38,334 bases of DNA, taken from Candidatus Thermofontivivens primus (lineage in GTDB: Bacteria > Sysuimicrobiota > Sysuimicrobiia > Sysuimicrobiales > Thermofontiviventaceae). Made by a program: the position numbers and the translations under genes. The notes beneath the pieces were generated by a model that saw nothing but the letters and a program-made list of their open reading frames with translations, was not told the origin of the DNA and made no database searches. This document shows positions 8,183 through 18,149 of this stretch, piece after piece; positions within the stretch are counted from its first letter, which is position 1, and every line of letters starts with the position of its first letter. Location of the stretch: positions 1-38,334 of the forward strand of contig JAVKJW010000021.1 in assembly GCA_031458695.1 (NCBI GenBank). The letters are read 5' to 3'.

Positions 8183-8662
8183 CTACTCCAAATGCCCTAG
8201 AAAGAGGCCGTGTGCACTTGTTGCGGCGATCAGGGTAACCAGCACGGCGCTTGCCACGCACCAGGAGCAGATCGCTCGGAGCCAAAACAGCTCAATCGCC
8301 GTCAGATAGGCTGAGTAGATCGTTCCCGCGAGTGCGATAGCGAAGATCGTGGCACGGAGGAGAAAAGGGTGAACGGTGAAAGGTGAGATATAAGAGCGAG
8401 AGGAACCGACCGCCGTTCGCAGACGATCGAGAGAGCCCTCCCAGATCGCCAGGAGAAGCAGGAGGAGGTACATCCCCAGACCAAGGAAGGCCACGGGAAT
8501 CCCCATGACTGTCGCGTAAGGGCTACTATTGACAATATCGCATCCCCTCCCCAAGCACACCAGGGAAGAGCCAGAGATCTTGGTATAGCCAAGATATGCG
8601 GAGATCCCCACGCCAAGGATGGAGGCGATGACCAAAATCCGGCGATGCCAGGAGGTCCACAT
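8183..8662 (-). CDS. vitamin K epoxide reductase (VKOR) family protein
   Basis: C..GC..V.SS.YA..GIPVA.LG; C-terminal CSWC; TM segments. Confidence 0.92.
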   Translation of the reverse strand: MWTSWHRRILVIASILGVGISAYLGYTKISGSSLVCLGRGCDIVNSSPYATVMGIPVAFLGLGMYLLLLLLAIWEGSLDRLRTAVGSSRSYISPFTVHPFLLRATIFAIALAGTIYSAYLTAIELFWLRAICSWCVASAVLVTLIAATSAHGLFLGHLE

Positions 8663-8666
8663 GATC

Positions 8667-8766
8667 GTTTCTCGCGTTCTTTGCGTTTCTCGCGTTTCTC
8701 GCGTTTATTGAGTCAATGAACCCGATGAGCTCAAGAAACCCGATGAACCCAATAAACGCAATAAAC
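8667..8766. repeat. array of 9-bp units: 5 in one orientation, 6 inverted
   Basis: GTTTCTCGC GTTCTTTGC GTTTCTCGC GTTTCTCGC GTTTATTGA G TCAATGAAC CCGATGAGC TCAAGAAAC CCGATGAAC CCAATAAAC GCAATAAAC. Confidence 0.85.
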
Positions 8767-8767
8767 G

Positions 8768-9406
8768 CTACTTGCTCTGCGAGAGCGCTTCCTCGATGGC
8801 CTCCTTGAACACGTCGTAGGGCTGGTTTCCGACGATCAGCCTTCCCTGGATCACGAAGCTGGGTGTCCCTTCCACACCGTACTTCACACCCTCCTGGATA
8901 TCCGCCCGAACCTTCTCCGCAACCTGTCCCCCCTGCAGGCATGCACGGAAGGCCTCCTCATCCAGGCCCAGTTCCTTTGCGTATGTCAAGAGGCGCGCGG
9001 GGCGGAACGCGCCTGAGTCGACCCCTTTGCGGGCCCTAAAGAGCAGGTCATGAAAGGCCCAGAACTTTCCCTGTTGACTCGCGCACTCTGCTCCAATGGC
9101 CGCCCAGACAGATTCCTGGCCGAGCACCGGGAAGTGCCGGAAGATCAGCTTCACCTTTCCCGTGGCGATATACTCTCGCTCGAGGCGTTTGAGGGTGCCA
9201 GAGGCGAAATCGGCGCAGTGGGAGCACTGGAAGTCAGCGAACTCGATGATGGTCACGGGGGCCGCGGGCGATCCCTTAGTGGTGCCCTGGGTTGGGACAG
9301 CGATGACCTCCGTTTCCGGGGGGCGGGCGGAGTAAAGGCTTAACCCGATCAACCCTGCAGCTACGACAACGGCTCCGAGCACGAAGAACAAGAGCGCCCT
9401 ACGCAC
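8768..9406 (-). CDS. dsbA: membrane-anchored DsbA/BdbD-family thiol-disulfide oxidoreductase
   Basis: N-terminal TM; EFADFQCSHC; FRHFP; GV.GTPSF. Confidence 0.9.
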   Translation of the reverse strand: MRRALLFFVLGAVVVAAGLIGLSLYSARPPETEVIAVPTQGTTKGSPAAPVTIIEFADFQCSHCADFASGTLKRLEREYIATGKVKLIFRHFPVLGQESVWAAIGAECASQQGKFWAFHDLLFRARKGVDSGAFRPARLLTYAKELGLDEEAFRACLQGGQVAEKVRADIQEGVKYGVEGTPSFVIQGRLIVGNQPYDVFKEAIEEALSQSK

Positions 9407-9638
9407 GGATCCTTCTCCCCCTCGCTCAGGATGTCATGCTTTCGGCGAGGACTCCTTCGCGATCCCCTGCGTTTTCCCCTTCGCCGGGCTAGTCCTCTCA
9501 GGTAGGGGGTGGAGGGGGGAAATCGGTTCCCCACCCGATGGCTTCCTCCTCCGGGCATCTAGTAAGGTAAAGTAGGAAGGAACTCCCTGAGGCGGAGAAG
9601 TATATAGTGTTTTTCTTTTGTGAAGAGGGGGGATACCA

Positions 9639-11930
9639 TTGCTGATTACAAAGGAAGAAGCATTGCTCTACCACTCTCGGGGAAGGCCGGGAAAGATCTC
9701 CATCCTCCCGACCAAACCCCTCGTGACCCAGCGGGACCTTAGCCTCGCCTACACGCCAGGGGTCGCTGAACCCTGCCTAGTAATCAAAGAGAACCCCGAC
9801 GAGGCCTATGTGTATACCGCCAAGGGCAATGTGGTCGCGGTTGTGAGCAACGGGACGGCCGTGCTCGGACTTGGGAACATCGGTGCGCTCGCTGGGAAGC
9901 CCGTGATGGAAGGGAAGTGCGTCCTGTTCAAGCGCTTCGCCGACGTGGACGCCATTGACGTGGAGATCGACTCAACCGACCCTGATGAAATCGTTCGGAT
10001 TGTCCGCGCCATCGCCCCAACCTATGGGGGGATTAACTTGGAGGACATCAAAGCCCCGGAGTGTTTCTACATTGAGCAGGAACTCCGGAAGGTCCTCGAC
10101 ATCCCCGTCTTCCATGATGACCAGCATGGGACAGCCATCATCATTGGGGCCGGCCTCCTCAATGCTCTGGAGCTGGTAAAGAAATCCATCCAGGAGGTCC
10201 GCGTGGTGATCAGCGGGGCTGGAGCGTCAGCCATCGCTACCGCCGAGTTCCTCCTCTTGCTGGGGATGCGCAGAGAGCAGATCGTCCTGGTGGACACCAA
10301 GGGTGTGGTGTACAAGGGACGTACCGAGGGGATGAACCCTTACAAGGAGAAGTTCGCCGCAGAGACGAAGGCCAGGACCCTCGCCGAGGCCATGCGCGGG
10401 GCCGATATCTTTATCGGCCTCTCCGTTGGGAAGATCGTCAGCCAGGACATGGTCCGGAGCATGGCGGACCGACCCATCGTGTTCGCACTGGCCAACCCGA
10501 TCCCGGAGATCGACTACGACGAAGCGAAGGCGGCGAGACCGGATGCCCTCGTGGCCACAGGCCGCTCCGACTATCCCAATCAGGTGAACAACGTCCTCGG
10601 GTTCCCGTTCATCTTCCGCGGCGCCCTCGATGTCGCCGCAAGGGCTATTAACGAGGAGATGAAGCTCGCCGCGGCCAGGGCCCTTGCCGACCTGGCCAAG
10701 CAGGATGTCCCCGATGTCGTCCTGCGAGCCTACGGGCTGGAGAGCCTGAAGTTTGGACCGGATTACTTTATCCCCAAGCCCCTCGACCCCAGGGTGCTCA
10801 CATGGGAGGCGCCGGCAGTGGCTGAGGCGGCGATGCGGTCAGGCGTGGCCAGGCGGACGATCAACATTGAGGAATACCGAGAGCAGCTCGAGGCCCGGCG
10901 CGGAAAGGGGCGGGAGGTCCAGCGGTACATCATCAACAAGGCGCGCTTTGAACCAAAGCGCGTGGTCTTCGCCGAGGGGGAGGAACCCAAGATCATCCGG
11001 GCCGCAGCTATTGTGAAGGAGGAAGGGATCGGGCGGCCCATCCTCCTGGGCGACGAGGTGGCCATCCGGCGCCGGATCATGGAGCTGGGCCTTTCCGCGG
11101 AGCTCGAGGTGGTGAACCCTGCCACGAGCCCTCGTCTAGATGCCTACGCGCAGGAGCTGTTCCGGCTGCGTCAGAGGAAGGGGGTGACTCTCCGGGAAGC
11201 TTATGCCCTCCTGCGCATGCCTACCTACTTTGGCCCAATGATGGTCCACATGGGAGATGCCGATGCGTACGTGGCGGGCCTCACACTCCACTATCCAGAT
11301 GTCCTCCGGCCGGCCCTCCAGATCGTAGGAACCGAGGAAGGGGTTTCGAAGGTCGCTGGGCTTTACCTCGTCATCGTCCAGGATAAGATCTTCCTGTTCA
11401 CAGATGCGACGGTGAACATCGAGCCAACAGCGGAGGATCTGGCGGAGATCGCTATCATGGCCGCGGAGCGGGCACGGGAGCTTGGGATCGAGCCAAGGAT
11501 CGCCATGCTCTCCTTCAGCAACTTTGGCTCTACGCGCCACCCTCTCCAAGAGAAGGTTCGGCTTGCTACAGAGATGGTCAAGGCAAGGCGCCCCGACCTC
11601 ATGATCGATGGGGAGATGCAAGCGGATACAGCCGTGGTTCCAGAGCTTCGGGAGCGGGATTACCCCTTCTCCACGCTGAAGGGGGAGGCCAACGTGCTCG
11701 TCTTCCCCAACCTGGAGGCAGCGAACGTGGCATACAAACTCCTCGCTCGACTGGGCGGGGCCCAGACCATTGGTCCCATCCTCATGGGGATGGGGGAGTC
11801 CGTGCACGTCCTCCAGAGAGGTGATGAGGTAGAGGACATTGTCCACATCGCTGCAGTTGCCGTTGTGGACGCCCAGCGCTTGAGCAGGCGCCGTCAGGCC
11901 AGGATGGGGATCCCTGCAGCGGGGTCGTAA
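9639..11930 (+). CDS. maeB: NADP-dependent malic enzyme with phosphotransacetylase-like C-terminal domain
   Basis: [52 protein letters not shown] domain with DGEMQAD. Confidence 0.96.
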   Translation: MLITKEEALLYHSRGRPGKISILPTKPLVTQRDLSLAYTPGVAEPCLVIKENPDEAYVYTAKGNVVAVVSNGTAVLGLGNIGALAGKPVMEGKCVLFKRFADVDAIDVEIDSTDPDEIVRIVRAIAPTYGGINLEDIKAPECFYIEQELRKVLDIPVFHDDQHGTAIIIGAGLLNALELVKKSIQEVRVVISGAGASAIATAEFLLLLGMRREQIVLVDTKGVVYKGRTEGMNPYKEKFAAETKARTLAEAMRGADIFIGLSVGKIVSQDMVRSMADRPIVFALANPIPEIDYDEAKAARPDALVATGRSDYPNQVNNVLGFPFIFRGALDVAARAINEEMKLAAARALADLAKQDVPDVVLRAYGLESLKFGPDYFIPKPLDPRVLTWEAPAVAEAAMRSGVARRTINIEEYREQLEARRGKGREVQRYIINKARFEPKRVVFAEGEEPKIIRAAAIVKEEGIGRPILLGDEVAIRRRIMELGLSAELEVVNPATSPRLDAYAQELFRLRQRKGVTLREAYALLRMPTYFGPMMVHMGDADAYVAGLTLHYPDVLRPALQIVGTEEGVSKVAGLYLVIVQDKIFLFTDATVNIEPTAEDLAEIAIMAAERARELGIEPRIAMLSFSNFGSTRHPLQEKVRLATEMVKARRPDLMIDGEMQADTAVVPELRERDYPFSTLKGEANVLVFPNLEAANVAYKLLARLGGAQTIGPILMGMGESVHVLQRGDEVEDIVHIAAVAVVDAQRLSRRRQARMGIPAAGS

Positions 11931-11997
11931 GAACCCGGTGGAGGGGATCACATGGAGAAAGGGCGACCAAGGACGTAGCCGTATCGGGAGGGGAACC

Positions 11998-12840
11998 ATG
12001 CGAGAAGTTGCCTATACGGATATCGTGGAGACCGTGAGCAGGCTGGCCATTGAGGCGAACACCTTCTTAGGGGAGGACGTCCTCCGGGCGCTTGAGGCCG
12101 CAGCGGCTTCTGAGGAATCTCCCCTCGGCAAGCAGGTCCTCGCCGAGATCCTGGAGAACGACCGCTTGGCGGCCAGCGAGCGCCTCCCCATCTGCCAGGA
12201 CACTGGGGCTGCTGTCGTGTTCGTGGAGATGGGGGAGGAGGTCTCCATCAAGGGCGGTTCGCTGTTCGATGCCATCCATGCAGGAGTCCGGAAGGGCTAT
12301 GTGGAGGGATACCTCCGCAAGTCCATGGTTGCCGACCCTTTGCGTAGACAGAACACCAAAGACAATACCCCTGCGGTGATCCACGTGGAGCTCGTGCCCG
12401 GAGACCGGTTGAAGCTTACCCTTCTCCCCAAAGGAGGAGGCGCAGAGAATATGAGCCGGATGACGATGCTTACCCCTGCCCATGGTGCAGAAGGGGTAAA
12501 GCAGTTTGTCCTGGAGACCGTGGAGAAGGCCGGCCCCAACGCGTGTCCTCCGGTGATCGTAGGAGTGGGCATCGGGGGGACATTTGACACGGTAGGCATG
12601 CTGGCCAAAAAGGCCCTCCTGCGGCCCGTGGGGTCGACCCACCCTGACCCGTTCTATGCGGAGATGGAAAAGGAGCTCCTCGAGCGCATCAACAACCTAG
12701 GGATTGGGCCCATGGGCTATGGGGGGAGGGTAACAGCTCTGGCTGTGCACATTGAGGCAGCACCCTGCCACATTGTGAGTCTTCCTGTGGCAGTGAACCT
12801 CCAGTGCCATGCAGCCAGGGTAAAGTGGGCAGAGCTTTAG
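11998..12840 (+). CDS. fumA: Fe-S fumarate hydratase (class I) alpha subunit
   Basis: PICQDTG, KGGGAEN, GPNACPP, CHI.SLPVAVN.QCHA; ATG 11998. Confidence 0.92.
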   Translation: MREVAYTDIVETVSRLAIEANTFLGEDVLRALEAAAASEESPLGKQVLAEILENDRLAASERLPICQDTGAAVVFVEMGEEVSIKGGSLFDAIHAGVRKGYVEGYLRKSMVADPLRRQNTKDNTPAVIHVELVPGDRLKLTLLPKGGGAENMSRMTMLTPAHGAEGVKQFVLETVEKAGPNACPPVIVGVGIGGTFDTVGMLAKKALLRPVGSTHPDPFYAEMEKELLERINNLGIGPMGYGGRVTALAVHIEAAPCHIVSLPVAVNLQCHAARVKWAEL

Positions 12841-12845
12841 GGCCG

Positions 12846-12918
12846 TTGGTCATGCAACCAGCTGTGGACGTGCTCCTCTGTTTTCCCTCGTGACCAAAGC
12901 AAACAGAGGCACGTCCGC
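12846..12918 (+). ncRNA. candidate pseudoknotted intergenic RNA element
   Basis: Stem GGACGTG..CCTCTGTTT (12866-12883) / AAACAGAGGCACGTCC (12901-12916); loop CGTGACCAA (12889-12897) complementary to TTGGTCATG (12846-12854, one G-U). Confidence 0.4.
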
Positions 12919-12957
12919 TGCGAACGAGATTTGATCGCCAGATAAGGGAGGAGAGCA

Positions 12958-13515
12958 ATGGAACCGAAGCGCATTACCACGCCCCTCACAGAGGAGGTTG
13001 TGGAGAGCCTGCGGGCCGGCGATCAAGTGCTGCTGAGCGGGGTGATCTATGGGGCCCGTGATGCTGCGCATAAGCGTATCGTGGAAGCTCTGCAGAAAGG
13101 TGAGCCCCTTCCTGTCGATTTGCGAGGGCAGGTCATCTATTATGTCGGACCCACCCCTGCGAAGCCAGGCCAGGTGATTGGCTCTGCCGGTCCCACCACA
13201 AGCTCCCGCATGGATCCCTATACCCCCCTGCTCCTTCAGCACGGGCTCAAAGGGACAATTGGAAAAGGGTACCGATCGAAAGAGGTCATCGAGGCCTTAA
13301 AGAAGTACAAGGCCGTTTACTTCGCTGCAACTGGCGGGGCAGGAGCACTCATCGCCCGCCGCATCAAGAAGAGCGAGGTGATCGCCTACGAGGACCTGGG
13401 TCCAGAAGCGCTCTTCCGGTTCGAGGTGGAGGACTTCCCCCTTATTGTGATCAACGATACCCTGGGGAACGACCTCTATCTCCAGGGCGTGATGCAGTAC
13501 CGCAGAAATCCGTAG
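12958..13515 (+). CDS. fumB: Fe-S fumarate hydratase (class I) beta subunit
   Basis: ARDAAHKR, YYVGP.P, GPTTSSRMD, IGKG, GGAGAL. Confidence 0.93.
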   Translation: MEPKRITTPLTEEVVESLRAGDQVLLSGVIYGARDAAHKRIVEALQKGEPLPVDLRGQVIYYVGPTPAKPGQVIGSAGPTTSSRMDPYTPLLLQHGLKGTIGKGYRSKEVIEALKKYKAVYFAATGGAGALIARRIKKSEVIAYEDLGPEALFRFEVEDFPLIVINDTLGNDLYLQGVMQYRRNP

Positions 13516-13530
13516 TCCGAAATCCGAAAT
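13506..13530. repeat. heptamer tandem repeat overlapping the fumB stop
   Basis: AAATCCG TAGTCCG AAATCCG AAAT. Confidence 0.55.
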
Positions 13531-13560
13531 GATATTCCACACCCTTTAGGCCGGAGCCCT

Positions 13561-13583
13561 GTAGGGCAAATGCCTGTCCCTAC
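13561..13583. repeat. degenerate REP-like palindrome
   Basis: GTAGGGCA-AATGCC-TGTCCCTAC at a convergent junction. Confidence 0.35.
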
Positions 13584-13879
13584 CGGGCGTGCTCCCGTGG
13601 CACGACCAAGGGCGAGAGGATGCAGACCCCGATGAACCCCTCTGGAAGCCGGACGGCGATGATGTCTCCGGTTTGCTGGAGGACCTCCAGCGCAGGATCC
13701 CACGTATCAAGGATAAGGTCGTAAGGGACCTGCGGGGCGTCCTCAAAGGTCGAACGACATACGCAGCAGTAGTAGAGGTCCGTCCCCTTCACCCTGTAGG
13801 TCAAGCGGCGGCCGCACGTCGGACAAATCACCCTGCTAGAAGGGTTCTTCTCGTTGGTCACCCTCAGCGCCATCCCCAT
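13580..13879 (-). CDS. hypothetical zinc-ribbon protein
   Basis: CPTC..CCVC pair; purine-rich RBS (GAGGGGG) before ATG. Confidence 0.6.
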   Translation of the reverse strand: MGMALRVTNEKNPSSRVICPTCGRRLTYRVKGTDLYYCCVCRSTFEDAPQVPYDLILDTWDPALEVLQQTGDIIAVRLPEGFIGVCILSPLVVPREHAR

Positions 13880-14087
13880 AGACCCCCTCGGTCCTCCCGG
13901 AGCCGGGATCCCTCTCCGGCACTAGCCTACCATGGAGGTGGCCAGGTAGGGTATCGGGTGGAGGAAGTATTGTTCTTTGATCTCCTGAGGCGCCTCAGGA
14001 AGTGGAGAGGATGGACAGGGGAAAATCAGGTCCTCACCCGATGGTTGTCTTGAGGGAGCTCTCGTATCCTGAGAAGTGAACGAAACG

Positions 14088-14116
14088 CCGGCAAAGGTCA
14101 AGGGGACGTTTGCCGG
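14088..14116. promoter_or_regulatory. CCGGCAA-N15-TTGCCGG inverted repeat, copy 1 (csp leader)
   Basis: Arms and spacing identical to the copy at 19319-19347. Confidence 0.4.
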
Positions 14117-14164
14117 GGGATCTCGTGGACAGGGCGGGGTCCTTATCCAGTAGGAGGGAGCATC

Positions 14165-14386
14165 GTGGCCACAGGGAAGGTAAAATGGTTTGACCGCCGA
14201 AAAGGCTATGGGTTCATTGTAGGGGACGATGGGAGAGACTATTTCGTCCACTACACTGGGATTGAAGGGGAAGGGTACAAGCTCCTGGAAAAGGATCAAC
14301 AGGTCGAATTCCGTGTCGAGACTACCGAAAAGGGCCCTAAGGCGGTGAGGGTCCGCGTTCTCTCTGAGAGGGCAAAGGGAGCGTAA
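14165..14386 (+). CDS. cold-shock protein (second paralogue)
   Basis: GKVKWFD..KGYGFI, FVHYTGI; GGAGG RBS. Confidence 0.95.
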   Translation: MATGKVKWFDRRKGYGFIVGDDGRDYFVHYTGIEGEGYKLLEKDQQVEFRVETTEKGPKAVRVRVLSERAKGA

Positions 14387-14512
14387 GGCTTTCCATCGAG
14401 CGACAACTTCTCCCTCCCTTACTACGTGGTGAGAGCCAGACTTGCTTGGTCCCCACTGAGAACGTGCATGGTCCCCAGTAAAATGGGATGAGAATTCTTG
14501 CGAGGAAGTAAG

Positions 14513-14540
14513 TTGCCTCCAGGTATCTTTGCGCTATGAT
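14513..14540 (+). promoter_or_regulatory. candidate promoter for the hsp20-lon operon
   Basis: TTGCCT, 16 nt, TATGAT. Confidence 0.4.
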
Positions 14541-14581
14541 ATAGCTAAAGAGTCCCTTGTCTTAAGGTCGAGGCGAGGACA

Positions 14582-15028
14582 ATGCCTGAGGATGTGTTCG
14601 ATCTGATGGAGGAACTGCGGAGGGATCTGGACCGCTTCCTCAACTATGTGATGCGGCCCCGCCCTCTCCCCGTGGTGTACACGCAAGTCTGGGAGCCGCG
14701 CGTCGACTTGTTTGAGGAAGAGACAGCGGTCACGGTGATCATGGAGATTGCTGGTGCCAAGAGGGATTCCCTCAATGTGACCCTTGAAGGAGACCGGCTC
14801 GTCGTCTCGGGCACGCGGCCCATCCCCCTTCCCGCGGCTCCGATCTGCTGCCATCGCATCGAGATCGCCTACGGTCCCTTCTACCGGGAGATCCCCATTC
14901 CCGTGGCCGTGAACGCCAGCCAGGCGCAGGCAAGCTACAGGGATGGGCTTCTCCTGATCACCCTCCCTAAGGCCGGCGCCGGCCGGCCGCACAAGGTAGC
15001 CATCACCGTTCAGGAGGGCACGCCATGA
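14582..15028 (+). CDS. Hsp20/alpha-crystallin small heat-shock protein
   Basis: W.PRVD..E, EI.YG.F.R.I.IP, A.Y.DGLL.ITLPK. Confidence 0.92.
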   Translation: MPEDVFDLMEELRRDLDRFLNYVMRPRPLPVVYTQVWEPRVDLFEEETAVTVIMEIAGAKRDSLNVTLEGDRLVVSGTRPIPLPAAPICCHRIEIAYGPFYREIPIPVAVNASQAQASYRDGLLLITLPKAGAGRPHKVAITVQEGTP

Positions 15029-17436
15029 GTCTGGTCCCCCTTGGTGCTCCTGGCGATCTCCTAGAGCGGACGCGCTTAGTCCCGGAGGGGATACGCATCC
15101 CCCCAGAGCTTCCCGTTCTTCCGTTGAAAGATGCTGTCCTCTACCCGGGGATGGTCGTGCCCCTTGTGGTCGCAAAGCCAAGTTCTGTGCAGCTCGTCAG
15201 CGATGCTGCTGCAGGGGAGCGGATCTTGGCCATCGTGGCAGCGAAGAGCCCGACTTTGGAGAGTCCAGGGCCAGAAGACGTGTACCGTGTTGGAACCGCG
15301 GCCGCCATCATCCGGCTTCTTCGCCTACCCGATGGGACCCTCAATCTGCTCGTGCAGGGGCTAAGCCGCATTCGCTTGGCGGAGTTCGTCCGCCACGAGC
15401 CCTACCTCGTCGCCAAGGTGATCACGCTGGAGGAGGCCAAGGAATGGCCTCCTGAGCTGTCCGCGTTAGCCAGGAACATCCTCGGAATGTTCCAACAGCT
15501 CGGTGGGATCACCCCCTTCCTGCCGCCTGAGCTCATCGCCGCAGCCTCCGCTATCGAGGAACCAGGCCGCCTGGCCGATTTCATCGCCAGCAGCCTGAAC
15601 CTTTCCCTGGAGGAACGCCAGGAGATCCTGGAGACCATAGACCTGCGCGCTCGCCTGGAACGGGTGATGGCCTTCCTCAGCAGGGAACTTGAGCTTGCAG
15701 AGCTGGGCCGGAAGATCCAATCCCAGGTCCAGCAGGAGCTGGAGAAAGGCCAGAGAGAGTTTATCCTCCGCAAGCAGCTCGAGGCGATCCAGAAAGAACT
15801 GGGGATGGTGGACGAGCGCACCCAGGAGATCCAGGAGCTGCGTGAGGCGATCTCCAAAAGCGGGATGCCGCCGGAGGTAGAGAAGGAGGCGATGCGGGAG
15901 CTTGACCGCCTCTCCAAGATGCCCCCGGGGTCGGCTGAGGCAACGGTCTCCCGGACCTATCTGGACTGGCTCATCACCCTCCCTTGGAATAAGAGCACAG
16001 AGGACAACCTCGACATCACACGGGCGCAGCGGATCCTGGATGAGGACCACTATGATCTGGAGAAGGTCAAGGAGCGCATCCTGGAGTTCCTGGCCGTACG
16101 CTCGCTGCGTAAGGATGCGAAGGGACCAATCCTTTGCTTCGTGGGTCCACCAGGGGTGGGGAAGACCTCGCTCGGGCAGAGCATCGCCAAGGCCCTGGGG
16201 AGGAAGTTTGTGCGCATCTCCCTAGGCGGCGTGCGCGATGAGGCGGAGATCCGTGGCCACCGGAGAACCTATGTAGGCGCGCTGCCAGGGAGGATTATCC
16301 AGGGGATCCAGCGGGCAGGGACCAACAACCCCGTGTTCATGCTGGACGAGATCGACAAGATCGGGGCGGACTTCCGGGGAGACCCGGCGGCAGCCCTCCT
16401 CGAGGTACTCGATCCGGAGCAGAATCACAGTTTCTCTGACCACTACCTAGGGGTCCCGTTCGACCTCTCCCGCGTGCTGTTTATCGCTACTGCCAACGTC
16501 CTCCACACGATCCCCCCTGCCTTGCTGGACCGCATGGAGGTCATCACCATCCCTGGGTACACCGAGGAGCAGAAGGTGGAGATCGCCCGGCGTTACCTGA
16601 TCCCACGGCAACTCGCCGAGCATGGCCTCGCATCGGAGCTGATCCAGTTCACCGACGAGGGTCTGGTTGCCCTGATCAGGGGCTACACAAGGGAGGCGGG
16701 GCTCCGTAACCTGGAGCGAGAGATCGCCGGCATCTGTCGGAAGGTTGCCAGGAGGGTGGCGGCGGGACAGATGGAGAAGGTCGTCGTGGTTCCGGAGGTG
16801 CTGGAAGAGCTCGTAGGGCCCGTCAAGTTCCACTCGGAGGCGTTGCTGGGGCGGGATGAGGTAGGCGCGGCAACAGGGATGGCCTGGACCCCCGTTGGGG
16901 GTGACATCCTTCAGGTCGAGGCAGCCCTGGTAAGGGGACGGGGGCGCGTGGTGATCACCGGCCAACTGGGAGAGGTGATGCAGGAGTCGGCCAAGGCAGC
17001 CCTCACCTATATCCGGTCGAGGATGCAGGAGCTTGGCATTCCCGAGGATCTGTTCGAGCACTACGACCTCCACATCCACGTTCCCGCAGGGGCCATCCCC
17101 AAGGACGGCCCCTCGGCAGGGGTCACTATCGCCACCGCGGTGGCGTCTGCGGCGACGAAGCGACCTGTCCGCAAGAGGGTGGCCATGACAGGGGAGATCA
17201 CCCTCCATGGACGGGTTCTGCCTGTAGGGGGGATCCGAGAAAAGGTCCTGGCCGCCCACCGTAGCGGTGTGGAGGAGGTGATTCTCCCGAAGGGGAACGA
17301 GCAGGACCTGCGAGAGGTTCCTGCTTCGGTGCGCGCGGCCTTGCGCATCCACCTCGTGGAGCACATGGACGAGATCTTAAAGATCGCCCTCGTGGGGGAA
17401 CCTATCCCGCAGCCTGCTGCGGCAGGGGGATCGTAA
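15025..17436 (+). CDS. lon: ATP-dependent protease La
   Basis: GPPGVGKTS Walker [15 protein letters not shown] catalytic Ser, GGIREK. Confidence 0.98.
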   Translation: MSLVPLGAPGDLLERTRLVPEGIRIPPELPVLPLKDAVLYPGMVVPLVVAKPSSVQLVSDAAAGERILAIVAAKSPTLESPGPEDVYRVGTAAAIIRLLRLPDGTLNLLVQGLSRIRLAEFVRHEPYLVAKVITLEEAKEWPPELSALARNILGMFQQLGGITPFLPPELIAAASAIEEPGRLADFIASSLNLSLEERQEILETIDLRARLERVMAFLSRELELAELGRKIQSQVQQELEKGQREFILRKQLEAIQKELGMVDERTQEIQELREAISKSGMPPEVEKEAMRELDRLSKMPPGSAEATVSRTYLDWLITLPWNKSTEDNLDITRAQRILDEDHYDLEKVKERILEFLAVRSLRKDAKGPILCFVGPPGVGKTSLGQSIAKALGRKFVRISLGGVRDEAEIRGHRRTYVGALPGRIIQGIQRAGTNNPVFMLDEIDKIGADFRGDPAAALLEVLDPEQNHSFSDHYLGVPFDLSRVLFIATANVLHTIPPALLDRMEVITIPGYTEEQKVEIARRYLIPRQLAEHGLASELIQFTDEGLVALIRGYTREAGLRNLEREIAGICRKVARRVAAGQMEKVVVVPEVLEELVGPVKFHSEALLGRDEVGAATGMAWTPVGGDILQVEAALVRGRGRVVITGQLGEVMQESAKAALTYIRSRMQELGIPEDLFEHYDLHIHVPAGAIPKDGPSAGVTIATAVASAATKRPVRKRVAMTGEITLHGRVLPVGGIREKVLAAHRSGVEEVILPKGNEQDLREVPASVRAALRIHLVEHMDEILKIALVGEPIPQPAAAGGS

Positions 17437-17449
17437 GGGGGTTAGGGGA

Positions 17450-18124
17450 TTGCGGATTCTCAAGCCGCGGGACGCGGAGTTCATCCAGAAGAAGTTGAGC
17501 CAGGAGCTGGTACACGAGGTGCGGCTGGTCTTCTTCACCCAGGGTGAGAGCGGGCTCACCGTCCCTGGATATGAGTGCGCGTTCTGCGCGGAGACGAGGG
17601 CGCTCCTGGAGGACCTAGGAGAGCTCAGCGACAAGCTCCGTCTAGAGGTGTATGACTTCCTCCTCCACGAAGATCAAGTCAGGACGTACAACATCGACAA
17701 GATCCCTGCCATTGTCTTAGTCGGCGACAAGGACACTGGTGTCCGGTTCTACGGGATCCCCTCAGGGTACGAGTTCGCCACCCTCCTGGAGGACATCATC
17801 GACGTATCCCGCCGGAGTACCCGCCTTTCCCAGAGCACCATCGAGAAAGTTGCGACCATCGACAGGGATGTCCATATTCAGGTCTTCGTTACACCTACTT
17901 GCCCTTATTGCCCGCGGGCCGTGCGTCTCGCGCACCAGATGGCGATGGTCAATGACAAAATTCGCGCGGACATGGTGGAGGCCACGGAGTTCCCCCACCT
18001 GGCCATGCGGTACAATGTGTATGGAGTCCCCAAGGTCGTGATCAACGAGACGGTGATGTTTGAGGGCGCTGTCCCTGAGCAGGTGTTTTTGGAGTACGTC
18101 CTCCAAGCGGTGGCTTCTTCGTAG
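17450..18124 (+). CDS. protein disulfide oxidoreductase (two thioredoxin folds, PDO/AhpF-N-like)
   Basis: CAFC and CPYC; GIPSGYEF; VPK.VIN; TTG start. Confidence 0.9.
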   Translation: MRILKPRDAEFIQKKLSQELVHEVRLVFFTQGESGLTVPGYECAFCAETRALLEDLGELSDKLRLEVYDFLLHEDQVRTYNIDKIPAIVLVGDKDTGVRFYGIPSGYEFATLLEDIIDVSRRSTRLSQSTIEKVATIDRDVHIQVFVTPTCPYCPRAVRLAHQMAMVNDKIRADMVEATEFPHLAMRYNVYGVPKVVINETVMFEGAVPEQVFLEYVLQAVASS

Positions 18125-18149
18125 AATCTGGCGGCGAGGCAGGAACTGG

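Noticed and set aside
8667..8766. CRISPR array
   Set aside because: 9-bp units with no unique spacers; no cas genes.
9361..9558. 65-aa Arg-rich ORF between dsbA and maeB
   Set aside because: No SD or motif; overlaps the dsbA start and the divergent promoter region.
12838..12960. UAG read-through fusing fumA and fumB (same frame, pseudoknot after the stop)
   Set aside because: A second in-frame stop (TAA 12943-12945) blocks fusion, and fumB has its own GGAGG SD.
14545..14566. HspR HAIR or CIRCE operator before hsp20
   Set aside because: Spacing and left arm do not fit CTTGAGT-N7-ACTCAAG; no CIRCE seen.
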